From assembly GCA_043822125.1 (NCBI GenBank), contig JBDRCB010000009.1, positions 15,736 to 79,735 of the forward strand: a DNA stretch of 64,000 nucleotides, written 5' to 3'. How positions within the stretch are numbered: position 1 is the first letter of the stretch; each line of letters opens with the position of its first letter. The DNA comes from an archaeon. Lineage in GTDB: Archaea > Nanobdellota > Nanobdellia > Pacearchaeales > GW2011-AR1. Both the position numbers and the translations under genes were made by a program. The notes beneath the pieces are model-generated. The model was not told where the DNA came from. It saw only the letters and a program-made list of their open reading frames with translations, and made no database searches. Shown piece by piece: positions 43,657-53,134 of this stretch.

Positions 43657-44973
43657 TTAAGGGGTCAGCCTGTCTCTGTCCCGAGGAAACATGCACGCCT
43701 CTCTAATATTTTTTTCTCCAACAATTAATGCTGTTAATCTTTCCAAACCAATGCTCCAGCCTGCATGAGGCGGTGCTCCAAATCTGAAGCTATCTATATA
43801 TGACTTAAAATTTTTTATATTAAGTCCTTTAATTTTCAGTCTTTTAACGAGCAAATCAGAAATATGTATCCGCTGTCCTCCTGAAGAAATTTCCATCCCT
43901 TTGTAAATTGCATCAAAACCCTCGCTGAGTTTTGCTTTTTCATCTTCGTTTTTAGGCATAATGTAAAATGGCTTTCCTGAAAGTGGCCAGTCATAAACAA
44001 AAACAATCGCGTCTGGAAAGAGATCTCCAAGTTTTTTTTCAGCATCTCCTGTCAAATCATTTTTTTCAATAGAAATTTTATGTTTCTTCATCAGTTCAGC
44101 AGTTTCTTCAAAAGTCAAATACTTGCTATTTGGTATTTTCAAATTTTTAATTCCAAGAATTTCAAGTTCTTCTTTATTTTTTTCCAAAACATTTTTAACA
44201 ATATCCTGAACAACTTCCTCTAACTGCTTCATCACAATTTTTGAATCTGCAAAAGCCATCTCAATATCCATCTGCCTCGATTCATTCAAGTGTCTTACAG
44301 TATTATGTTTCTCTGCTCTCCACACAGGAGTTATTGTCATTGCTTTTTCCATAGAACATGCAACCATTTGCTTGTATAACTGTGGGCTCTGAGCAAGATA
44401 AGCCTTTTTTTCAAAGTACTTTGCCTCAAATAACTCTGTCCCTCCTTCAGAACTTGAGCTGATTATCGACGGAGGATGAAATTCAATAAAACCTTTTTTA
44501 ATAAAATGTTCTCTGAATGTCATGGAAATTGTCGATTGAATTTTAAAAACAGCCTGAACTCTTCTCCTGTGCAAATCTAAAAATCTATTGTCAAGTCTCT
44601 TTGGAAGTTCTGTCTTAGAAAAATCAGAAACATCAATAGAAAGCTCTTCTGCAGGAGAAATTAAAAAAATATCATCAGGAATAATCTCCCTGCCTCCAGG
44701 CGCCTGTTTTGAATTAACAGCAGTTCCTTTAATACAGACAACAGATTCTCTTGAAATGCTGTCCATTACTGAGAAAATTTTTTCACTGACTTTTCCTTTC
44801 ACCCCTGTAATTTGGACTTCACCAGAAATATCCCTCAATAAAAGAAATCTTATTTTCCCGAGCGCCCTCGTCTTGCTCACCCATCCAGCAACTTCAAAAT
44901 TCTTTTTGCTCGAATTAAAAACATCTTTAATTAAAGTCCTGTTTTTATTGAATTTCAAAAAATCAAACTTCAT
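43657..44973 (-). CDS. aspS: aspartate--tRNA ligase, archaeal type (probably non-discriminating)
   Basis: OB domain (FLLLRDISGEVQIT) and class II motifs QSPQLYKQ, WRAEKHNTVRHLNE, GGQRIH and GAPPHAGWSIGLERL. Confidence 0.9.
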   Translation of the reverse strand: MKFDFLKFNKNRTLIKDVFNSSKKNFEVAGWVSKTRALGKIRFLLLRDISGEVQITGVKGKVSEKIFSVMDSISRESVVCIKGTAVNSKQAPGGREIIPDDIFLISPAEELSIDVSDFSKTELPKRLDNRFLDLHRRRVQAVFKIQSTISMTFREHFIKKGFIEFHPPSIISSSSEGGTELFEAKYFEKKAYLAQSPQLYKQMVACSMEKAMTITPVWRAEKHNTVRHLNESRQMDIEMAFADSKIVMKQLEEVVQDIVKNVLEKNKEELEILGIKNLKIPNSKYLTFEETAELMKKHKISIEKNDLTGDAEKKLGDLFPDAIVFVYDWPLSGKPFYIMPKNEDEKAKLSEGFDAIYKGMEISSGGQRIHISDLLVKRLKIKGLNIKNFKSYIDSFRFGAPPHAGWSIGLERLTALIVGEKNIREACMFPRDRDRLTP

Positions 44974-45019
44974 TAAAAATTAAAAGAAATCTCATTTATT
45001 AATTTTTGGTTCAATTAAA

Positions 45020-46462
45020 TTACTTAACTAATCTCTTAATAATTTCCGCAGCATCTTTTCCGCTGATTTTCCCTTTAAATTCTTTCATAATAAGCCCCAT
45101 ATATGCATTTTTAGTAAGTCCTGGCTTTTCGCGAACAATTCTCGCAGTAGCTTCTTCAATCTCTTTTAAATCAACACTTTCTTTTTTAATCGCCTCGTCA
45201 AAAGAGACTCCGCTGAGAATTTTATCAAGAACGTCTTTCACTTCTGAATCAGAAATTTTTTTATTTTTAACTGCATTCAACACATCAATAAAATAATCCT
45301 CCAGCTTATCTTCAGCTTCTTTTACAGAAGTCTTTTTTTTGCTTGCTATTTCCCTAGGAAAAACAAGAAACATCTTAGCAATAAGATTTGGATTGTCAAT
45401 AATTTTCAAAAATTCTTTAAACTCCTCGACTTTATTTCTTTTAAAAAGAAGTTTAATCATTTCCTGATTAAGTCCTTTATTTTTAAATTCTGACTTCAAA
45501 TCACTTTTCATTTTAGGAAGAGTTTTTTTAGCTTCATTAATAAAATCTCTGGAGATTTTCAGCAGAGGCAAGTCAGTTTCAGGATACATTCTTTCTGCAC
45601 CCGGCATGGGCCTCAGAAATTTAGTAGTCGCGTCAGAAAGTGCATTTCTGACTTCTGCGCTAACAGGTTTCTTTTTTTCAGCAAGACCCAGCTGTCTTTT
45701 TACTTCATTCTTAATTGTTTCTACAAAAATTTTCATATCTTGTATGCCTTTTAACTCCACGCGGTTTCCATCTTTAATAGAAATATTAACATCCTGTCTT
45801 ATTGTTCCTAATCCTCTTTTAACTTTACAGCTTCTCAAAATATCTCCAATATAAAGTGCTGCTTCCTTTGCCTGTTCAGGGGTTTTTATGTCAGGGGCAG
45901 TTGTTATTTCAACAAGAGGAATCCCCAATCTATCCAAACGATAAATAGTTTCATTCTCTTTTTTCTCAACAATCCTCGTAGCATCTTCTTCCAAACATAT
46001 GCTTTCAATTTTAACTTTTCCCGACGAGGTTTCAACAAAACCATCTTTTGCAATTAAAACAGTTCTTTGAAATCCAGAAGTATTGCTTCCGTTAATCACA
46101 GTTTTTCTCATAATTTGAGTCGCAGAAAAAATTTTACATTTCAGCAAAATTGCAATTTGAAGAGCAATCCTCAAAGAATCTTTATTTATCTCATGTGGCG
46201 GTTCTTCGTCCAATTCCACAAGACAATTAGTGTTATAGCCCTGATAAATAAATTTTTTATTGAGAGATATTTCATATCCAACAGCAGTATCTATCTCTCC
46301 TGATTCCCCTGCAATAGCATGAAGTTTTCTTTCAACAGAATAATCTGGCTCATCCTGCCTCAGCACCGACGGACAACTGCAAAATAACTTGTTAGTATCC
46401 AACTGCTGATGAATTTCCAAACCGCACTTAAATCCTAATTTTTGGTAATCTTCTTCTTGCAT
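45020..46462 (-). CDS. gatE: glutamyl-tRNA(Gln) amidotransferase subunit E, short form
   Basis: DYQKLGFKCGLEIHQQLDTNKLFCSCP, NCLVELDEEPP, GIPLVEITTAPD and a C-terminal YqeY-like tail. It is only 480 aa. Confidence 0.8.
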   Translation of the reverse strand: MQEEDYQKLGFKCGLEIHQQLDTNKLFCSCPSVLRQDEPDYSVERKLHAIAGESGEIDTAVGYEISLNKKFIYQGYNTNCLVELDEEPPHEINKDSLRIALQIAILLKCKIFSATQIMRKTVINGSNTSGFQRTVLIAKDGFVETSSGKVKIESICLEEDATRIVEKKENETIYRLDRLGIPLVEITTAPDIKTPEQAKEAALYIGDILRSCKVKRGLGTIRQDVNISIKDGNRVELKGIQDMKIFVETIKNEVKRQLGLAEKKKPVSAEVRNALSDATTKFLRPMPGAERMYPETDLPLLKISRDFINEAKKTLPKMKSDLKSEFKNKGLNQEMIKLLFKRNKVEEFKEFLKIIDNPNLIAKMFLVFPREIASKKKTSVKEAEDKLEDYFIDVLNAVKNKKISDSEVKDVLDKILSGVSFDEAIKKESVDLKEIEEATARIVREKPGLTKNAYMGLIMKEFKGKISGKDAAEIIKRLVK

Positions 46463-46518
46463 GAGATTATAAGATAAAAGGAAACTATAAAAAGATTATG
46501 AAAAGTATCAACAAATCA

Positions 46519-47418
46519 TTAATTTATTTTTCTTAAATTTCTATTCGACATTCCATTTTCATATACCTTTCTTAATTCAGCATCTAAAACATTTTTTTCT
46601 TTTAATGCTAAAAAATTATAAAATTCAGCTTGCTCTGGAGTCATGAGTTTCCTTGAAACGGTTAAAAATTCTTTGATATAAACTTCTCTTTCATAACCTT
46701 GTGGGGTAACTAATAATCTTTCTTTAACTCCTTGTAACTTTTTGAATTCTTCAGTAGAGAGATTTCCTTCTGCGATATGTCTAGATAATTCAGCTTTCCT
46801 TATAAGAGAAATATATTCTTCTCTTTCCTTATTATAAATAATAATTGGACAATACCCATTTTTTCCAAGTATCAAATCTTGGACTAGTCTTGCAGTTCTA
46901 CCATTTCCATCTCCAAAAGGGTGGATTCTTGCTATATGAAAATGTGCATGAACGGCTTTTTCGAAGGGAGTTCTCAAATATTTATTTCTAATCAAAAAAG
47001 TGTTCAATTCTCTAGGAAGCTTTTCGAGAGAAGTTTGTGGAATTAAAGAACCAGTAACTCGAACATTATAACTACGAAAACCATCTTTATTTGTTAAAGG
47101 ATCTATTAAACTACCAACATTTTCTAAGAAATTTAAAGATAATTCAGGATTTTTATTTAATTCTTCTCTTGCCCAACTCAAAGCGTGTTTTAGATTTTTC
47201 TCGCTTCTCCTTCTTTCTTTAGTTTTTGATTTCTGACTATTAAATCCTTCTAACTCTAAATTAACAGAATGTCTTGCTAACTCTTTTTCAAGGTTTAAGC
47301 ATCTTTTTTTATGATTAGATAATGAAAAAGTATGAACATTTGATAAAACTCCTTTTCTATCTTCAATTTGATCCAAGAGTCCCTGATCAAAGAGACAAAA
47401 TCTTCTATCATTACCCAT
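46519..47418 (-). CDS. Fic-domain protein
   Basis: Canonical Fic motif HPFGDGNGRTAR (HxFx[D/E]GNGRxxR). Confidence 0.8.
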   Translation of the reverse strand: MGNDRRFCLFDQGLLDQIEDRKGVLSNVHTFSLSNHKKRCLNLEKELARHSVNLELEGFNSQKSKTKERRRSEKNLKHALSWAREELNKNPELSLNFLENVGSLIDPLTNKDGFRSYNVRVTGSLIPQTSLEKLPRELNTFLIRNKYLRTPFEKAVHAHFHIARIHPFGDGNGRTARLVQDLILGKNGYCPIIIYNKEREEYISLIRKAELSRHIAEGNLSTEEFKKLQGVKERLLVTPQGYEREVYIKEFLTVSRKLMTPEQAEFYNFLALKEKNVLDAELRKVYENGMSNRNLRKIN

Positions 47419-47484
47419 AAATAATATTTTCTCTAGAACTTTAAAAACCTTCCTATTTTTAACTCCTAAAAAGTTACTACAATA

Positions 47485-48381
47485 TCATCTACTCTCAAAC
47501 CATTTGTAAGTCTTTTTTAAACCTTCTTCTAAAATGGTTTTTGGATTCCATCTAAATCTGTGAAAATCAGTAGAATCCAAGGCGCTCCTAAGTTGTCCTG
47601 CATCTGTTTCAGGAAAAAAATTTTTTTCAATTTTTTTGCCTGTGATTTTTCCAAAAATTTTAATTAAAGAATTAATACTTGTTTCTTTTCCAGTTCCGAT
47701 ATTATAAATTCCAGAAGGAATCTCTCTAGCCAAAAGAAGTGCATCAACAACATCTTCAACATAAATAAAATCTCTTGTTTGCTCCCCATCCCCATAAATA
47801 TATATCTTTTCAGTTTTAGAGATTTTATCAGAGAAAATTGCAATCACTCCTCCTTCTCCGTCGTTGTTTTGCCGTGGTCCATAAACATTTGCCAGACGCA
47901 GAATTACATAAGAAAATTTTTTAGGATTCAAAAACAACTCTGCAGACAGCTTATTTCTGCCATACTCAGATACTGGATTTTTCTCAGCAAAAACAGGTGT
48001 TGGAATTTCACAGTCAGGAGAATAAACCCCTGCTGTGGAAGTGAAAATAATTCTTTCAACTCCTGCTGAAACAGCTGAATTAAAAATATTCATACTCCCT
48101 TCATAATTAATCTCTCTGTCTAACTCAGGATTTTCTAGAGATTTTTTTAAACTTGTCTGTGCAGCTAGGTGAAAAACATAATCGAGCTTTTCTTTTTTAA
48201 AAATCTCAGAAATTTTTTCATTTCTTATATCAACTTCATAAAGCTTAGCAGAAAGATTTAAATTTTCTTTTTTTCCAGTAGATAAATTATCAAGAACAAT
48301 GACTTCATTTTTATCAACCAATGCATCAACTAAATGAGAGCCTATAAACCCCGCACCACCTGTCACAAAAATTTTTGGCAT
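47485..48381 (-). CDS. NAD-dependent nucleotide-sugar epimerase/dehydratase (GalE-like SDR)
   Basis: VTGGAGFIGSHL Rossmann motif and the YGRNK (YxxxK) catalytic motif. Confidence 0.8.
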   Translation of the reverse strand: MPKIFVTGGAGFIGSHLVDALVDKNEVIVLDNLSTGKKENLNLSAKLYEVDIRNEKISEIFKKEKLDYVFHLAAQTSLKKSLENPELDREINYEGSMNIFNSAVSAGVERIIFTSTAGVYSPDCEIPTPVFAEKNPVSEYGRNKLSAELFLNPKKFSYVILRLANVYGPRQNNDGEGGVIAIFSDKISKTEKIYIYGDGEQTRDFIYVEDVVDALLLAREIPSGIYNIGTGKETSINSLIKIFGKITGKKIEKNFFPETDAGQLRSALDSTDFHRFRWNPKTILEEGLKKTYKWFESR

Positions 48382-48389
48382 TTTAAAAA

Positions 48390-49682
48390 TTATCCTTCTA
48401 ATCTCTCGTTAAACTCTCCTGAAATATTCTCCAGCATCTTCTCTTTAATTTTTTCCTTTGAAGAAATCCAATTCTTATGCCCTAAAACCCAGCCAAGTTT
48501 TACCAATGCTGTTTCTGCAAGCATATCCTCAAGATAAATAACTCCTGTTTTCAAAATCTCCCGCCCATTTGAATAAACAAGAGGATTTAATCTTCCGTAA
48601 AGAGTTTGAGCGACAGCACAGACAATCAGTCCCTTATCCTGAACTTCTTTAAGTTTTTTAATCCAGCTCATTCTCGCCCTTCTCGTTGGGACATGCCCTA
48701 AACCGCACATCTCCAAAACAATACCCTTATATTTTTTCTTAATATAATAATCCAGAATATCTGGATTTTGCCCAGGATAAATTTTAACCAACGCAACTTT
48801 TTCCTCAAACTTCAAATCAAGTTTCACTTTTTTGCTCTTTCCTCTTAATTTATATTCTGAAATTCTTTCAATTCTATTGGGATAGATTTTTGCAAATGGT
48901 TTGCTGTTAATAACCTTAAACGCATCTCTTCTTGAAGAGTGCATTTTTCTGACTTTAGTTCCTGACATTGCATAGCAAAAATCATCATTTATCGAGGCGT
49001 GTCCAACCAGCATAACTTCTGCAATATCTGAAATAGCTGCTAAAGCAGAACACTGAAGATTCAAATTAGCGTCACTGCTAGCCCTGTCAATACTTCTTTG
49101 AGAATAAGTTAAAACAACCGGCTTGTTCAAATCCCGCAGAAAAAAACTCAGAGCAGAAGAAGTATAGTGAAGAAAATCAGTTCCATGAGTAACAATCACA
49201 CCTTTGATGTTAGAATCATTCAAAAACTTCTCAGCAATCTTCGCAATTTTCTGCCAGTCTTTATAATCCATATCTTCTGATGCTTTCATAAAAGGAATTT
49301 CCACTTTCGCGACATTAACTTTTTCAAAAATTTCAGGATAAAATTTAAACAAACTTTCAGGAGTGTCAAGCCAGTCAACACCGCCTTTCAGAGGATTCAG
49401 ACGAGCAGCAATTGTCCCGCCTGTAATAATCATTGCAACATTCGGCTTTTCTGCATCTTTTTTAATTTCTAACTCTTCTTTTTTCTCTCTATATTTTTTT
49501 ACAATCTTCAAATCAAGAATATCTTTTTTATTAAAACCAATATTATAACCAGAATCAAGTTTGAGTAAAATCAATCCTTTTTCAGACAAAGGGCTCTCAA
49601 GCAAAATGCCTTCGTATTCTTCCTTTGGAAAAACAATCTCAACTCTATCTCCTGGCAGAGGTTTATTTTTTTTATCAGTCAT
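48390..49682 (-). CDS. gatD: glutamyl-tRNA(Gln) amidotransferase subunit D
   Basis: Asparaginase-type core (MIITGGTIAA, VTHGTD) preceded by a GatD-specific N-terminal domain. Confidence 0.85.
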   Translation of the reverse strand: MTDKKNKPLPGDRVEIVFPKEEYEGILLESPLSEKGLILLKLDSGYNIGFNKKDILDLKIVKKYREKKEELEIKKDAEKPNVAMIITGGTIAARLNPLKGGVDWLDTPESLFKFYPEIFEKVNVAKVEIPFMKASEDMDYKDWQKIAKIAEKFLNDSNIKGVIVTHGTDFLHYTSSALSFFLRDLNKPVVLTYSQRSIDRASSDANLNLQCSALAAISDIAEVMLVGHASINDDFCYAMSGTKVRKMHSSRRDAFKVINSKPFAKIYPNRIERISEYKLRGKSKKVKLDLKFEEKVALVKIYPGQNPDILDYYIKKKYKGIVLEMCGLGHVPTRRARMSWIKKLKEVQDKGLIVCAVAQTLYGRLNPLVYSNGREILKTGVIYLEDMLAETALVKLGWVLGHKNWISSKEKIKEKMLENISGEFNERLEG

Positions 49683-49812
49683 AAAAAGAGAAAAGAACAG
49701 GAGTATAAAAATATAATTGAGAATTTTAAAAACAGCAAACTCTTAATTATTAATAACTTTTAAGTAATAACAAAACAGAAAAGTTTAAAAGTAGGGAGAT
49801 TATTGAAAATAG

Positions 49813-50166
49813 ATGGTAAATGAAGTTAAATTTCCAAGAGAAAAAAGAAACATCAATTTATTCAGAAAAGTAATATATCCACTGATATTAGCAACTGGTA
49901 TATCAGTATTAGCAGGAGGTATTTATTTTCATAAAGCAGAAAAAGAGACTCCAGTAAGAAATATACCAACAATTGTTTATACTATTGGAAAAGATGGCAG
50001 AAGTCTATGGGATATTGCAAATAAAATTAATAATCAATATTTTAATGGAAGAGAAAATGTTGGAGAGATTGTATTTAAATTAGGGATAGAAAATAAAGTT
50101 GGTCCTTCTGAACTTGGAAAACTTCAACCAGGGAGAAGGATTGTATATTCTTCAGATAAACAATAA
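49813..50166 (+). CDS. membrane-anchored protein with LysM-like domain (tentative)
   Basis: N-terminal TM segment. YTIGKDGRSLWDIANKIN...LQPGRRIVY resembles the LysM consensus (Y.V..GDtLw.IA...l..Gq.l). Confidence 0.4.
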   Translation: MVNEVKFPREKRNINLFRKVIYPLILATGISVLAGGIYFHKAEKETPVRNIPTIVYTIGKDGRSLWDIANKINNQYFNGRENVGEIVFKLGIENKVGPSELGKLQPGRRIVYSSDKQ

Positions 50167-50205
50167 TCCAGCAAACTTTAATAAACACTTTCTTCTTTTT
50201 AATCA

Positions 50206-51564
50206 ATGGTGAAAATCGGGCTGGAAATCCATGGCTATATTTCTACAAAAGAAAAATTATTCTGCAGATGCAAATCCGAACACGGAGTAAAATTTTTCAA
50301 GCCAAATACAAACATCTGCCCGATATGCACAGGACAGCCAGGAAGTAAACCACTCTTTCCTAATAAAAAAGCCATTGATAAAGCAGTGGAAATATCATTA
50401 ATTCTAAATTGCAGAATAAACAGCAGATTAATATGGCAGAGAAAACATTATGACTGGCCTGACTTGCCGAAAGGTTATCAAAATACACTTTCAGGCTCTT
50501 ATGCAACCCCCGTCGGTGAAAATGGAAAATTCCTTGGAATAAAAATAAAAGAAGCTCACTTAGAAGAAGATCCTGCTGCATGGAATCCAAAAACAGGCGA
50601 AATTGATTATAACCGCTCTGGCTCGCCGTTAATAGAAATTGTGACAGAACCAGACTTCAAAGATTCAGAGCAGGTTGCAGAATGGATTAAAAAATTAATC
50701 ACAACTCTCGGATACATAAAAGCAATTGATAAAAATGTGGGAATAAAAGCAGATGTGAATATATCAACAACAGGAGAAAGGGTGGAGATAAAAAACATCA
50801 ATAGTATAAAAAACATCAAGACTGCAATAAACTACGAGATAAAAAGACAGTCATCTAAAGAAAATGTTCCAAAAAAACAAGAGACAAGAAGATTTGACGA
50901 GGCAAAAAAGATTACAGTAAAAATGCGCGAGAAAGAGCAGGCAGAAGACTATAGATTTATTTCTGACCCTGACCTTCCTGTAATTAATCTGGAAAAATCA
51001 AGAATTGAAAAACTAAAAAAACAAATTCCAGAAACACCACAGGAAAAACTAAACAAACTCATTAAAAAACACAAAGTTGATAAAAAATCAGCAGAAGCGC
51101 TTATTAAAAGATTAGAACTAGTGGATTTCTTTGAAGCTGTCACAAAAAAAATAAGCCCAAAAACAGCAGTCCCATGGATTACAAAAGAGCTTTTCAGTGT
51201 GCTGAATTATAATAAAAAAGAACTTGAGGAAGTTGAAATAAACGCAGAGCACTTTGCAGAATTATTGAGTTTAATCGAGGACAAAACAATCACAGAATTA
51301 AAGGCACAGGAAATATTAAGGCAGTTTATACCAAAATCATTTTCTCCAAAATCCTATGCAGAAAAAAACCTGATAATCTCTAGCGAAGAGGAGATAAAAA
51401 AACTTGCTCAGAAGATAATCAAAGAATACCCTAAGGCAGTTGAGGATTTTAAATCAGGAAAAAAAGAATCTCTGAACTTTTTAATAGGACAGATTATGAA
51501 AATCTCCAGCAAACGTGCAGATTTCAGAACAGCAAAAAAAATTCTAGAGGATGAATTAAAATAA
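50206..51564 (+). CDS. gatB: aspartyl/glutamyl-tRNA amidotransferase subunit B
   Basis: IGLEIHGYI...KLFCRC, CPICTGQPGSKP, AHLEEDPA, SGSPLIEIVTEPD and a C-terminal YqeY-like domain. Confidence 0.85.
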   Translation: MVKIGLEIHGYISTKEKLFCRCKSEHGVKFFKPNTNICPICTGQPGSKPLFPNKKAIDKAVEISLILNCRINSRLIWQRKHYDWPDLPKGYQNTLSGSYATPVGENGKFLGIKIKEAHLEEDPAAWNPKTGEIDYNRSGSPLIEIVTEPDFKDSEQVAEWIKKLITTLGYIKAIDKNVGIKADVNISTTGERVEIKNINSIKNIKTAINYEIKRQSSKENVPKKQETRRFDEAKKITVKMREKEQAEDYRFISDPDLPVINLEKSRIEKLKKQIPETPQEKLNKLIKKHKVDKKSAEALIKRLELVDFFEAVTKKISPKTAVPWITKELFSVLNYNKKELEEVEINAEHFAELLSLIEDKTITELKAQEILRQFIPKSFSPKSYAEKNLIISSEEEIKKLAQKIIKEYPKAVEDFKSGKKESLNFLIGQIMKISSKRADFRTAKKILEDELK

Positions 51565-51592
51565 AATATAATTTATTTACTACAAATTTTAT

Positions 51593-52063
51593 TCAGAAAG
51601 AATAATTTTTATATTTTTCCCAAGGAACTTCATTTCCATTAAATCCGTCTTGTTCTAAATCAATAAAAAATTCATCAAGTTCAATGATGCCATTTTTATT
51701 GCAATCAAATCCATATAAAAAAGGATGATAGGGCCCATTCAAAAAATAAATAGTTACACTTGGCTTATCAGGATTATGTACTTTCGTTAAAACTCTATAA
51801 CCCTCAATCACATCTATCATTTTATCTTTGTTAGTGTCATGCAAAAGAAAAAAAGCTGGAATGCCAAAAAAATCAGAAAATACTTTAATAGGTTTTCTAT
51901 CTTTTGTTTTATAGTTTCTAAAATTTTCCAATTGCCCAATAAAAGGTTTTTTAGGAAATTCTGTAATAGAATTATCTTTATTAGCAAAAACAGGACAACT
52001 ATCCCACATAGTTAAAGAAAATAATAAAATTGACAAAAGTTTTGATATTTTTTTTGTTCTCAT
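51593..52063 (-). CDS. secreted protein with two EF-hand-like calcium-binding loops
   Basis: Signal peptide, plus DTNKDKMIDVIE and DCNKNGIIELDE, both fitting DxNxDGxIxxxE-type loops. Confidence 0.5.
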   Translation of the reverse strand: MRTKKISKLLSILLFSLTMWDSCPVFANKDNSITEFPKKPFIGQLENFRNYKTKDRKPIKVFSDFFGIPAFFLLHDTNKDKMIDVIEGYRVLTKVHNPDKPSVTIYFLNGPYHPFLYGFDCNKNGIIELDEFFIDLEQDGFNGNEVPWEKYKNYSF

Positions 52064-52112
52064 TAAAATTATTAAAAAAAATTAGTTTTTAATTATTATT
52101 ACAATAGAAAAA

Positions 52113-52226
52113 TAGGCTCGGAGGGAATCGAACCCCCATCTTCAGGGTTTCTCGACGATTTACTTTCTAAATATAAAAAATATCTCACTCCGAAACCTGA
52201 TGTCCTATCCGTTGAACGACGAGCCT
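52113..52226 (-). tRNA. tRNA-Arg (anticodon TCG) with a roughly 42-nt anticodon-loop intron
   Basis: Acceptor AGGCTCG/CGAGCCT, D arm GTTC-AACGGATA-GGAC, anticodon stem TCAGG/CCTGA, loop TTTCGG., T arm GGGGG-TTCGATT-CCCTC. Confidence 0.8.
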
Positions 52227-52276
52227 AGCATTAAAAGAAAAGTTAGGTTTTTATATGTTAATATATTCATTAAAAT

Positions 52277-53134
52277 ATGGCAATAAAAAGACACCACAAA
52301 TGGCTGATTGGAAGTTTTACTTCAATAGTAATAATTTACATGATAACGAGTGCAGTATTGCTCAACGGAATAATAATAAAGCAAACAATAAATTATAACA
52401 CTTTAACAAATAGCTTGTCAGAATTAGATGCAAACACACAAAGCAAAATAAATGAATTAACAGAAAATCTTCTTCAGATAAAGAAAAATCTTGAATCAAG
52501 CCAGGAAGAACTGACTCTTCTAAAAGCAAATGTGGGTGCTGATTTTTCAGGAATAGTGAGTGAAGCAGTTAAATCAGTAGTAACAATAAAAACAGATGTG
52601 AGCCAAGGTACAGGTTTCATAATAAACAGCGAGGGATATATTGTAACAAATGCTCATGTTTTAGCAGATAAATATGGAGGACTGGCTTCTGGAATAAAAG
52701 CAATAACATACCAGCAACAAACTTTAAATGCAGAATTCGTAGGATACGACGGAGAATTAGACATTGCATTATTAAAAATTTCAGGGATATATACAGAATT
52801 AAAATTAGAAGATTCCAATAATATTCAGATAGGAGAAAAAGTTATTGCAATAGGAAACCCGCTGGGGCTCCAATTTTCTGTTTCAGAAGGGATAGTTTCT
52901 GGAATCCACAGAGAAGGAATATCAGGGTTAGACGCATACATTCAAACAGATGCTGCATTAAACCCAGGCAATTCAGGAGGACCCTTAATAAATAAAAACG
53001 GAAAAGCTATAGGAATAAACAACTTCAAAGTAAGTGGTGGAGAAAGCTTGGGATTCGCTCTGGAATCAAATTATATAAAAGAGGCTGTAAACAGAATATC
53101 AACTCAACAAATAAATCAGACTTTAATAATATGA
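52277..53134 (+). CDS. membrane-anchored trypsin-like serine protease (HtrA/S1C-like, no PDZ)
   Basis: Catalytic triad contexts VTNAHV, DIALLKI and GNSGGPLIN, with an N-terminal TM segment. Confidence 0.8.
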   Translation: MAIKRHHKWLIGSFTSIVIIYMITSAVLLNGIIIKQTINYNTLTNSLSELDANTQSKINELTENLLQIKKNLESSQEELTLLKANVGADFSGIVSEAVKSVVTIKTDVSQGTGFIINSEGYIVTNAHVLADKYGGLASGIKAITYQQQTLNAEFVGYDGELDIALLKISGIYTELKLEDSNNIQIGEKVIAIGNPLGLQFSVSEGIVSGIHREGISGLDAYIQTDAALNPGNSGGPLINKNGKAIGINNFKVSGGESLGFALESNYIKEAVNRISTQQINQTLII

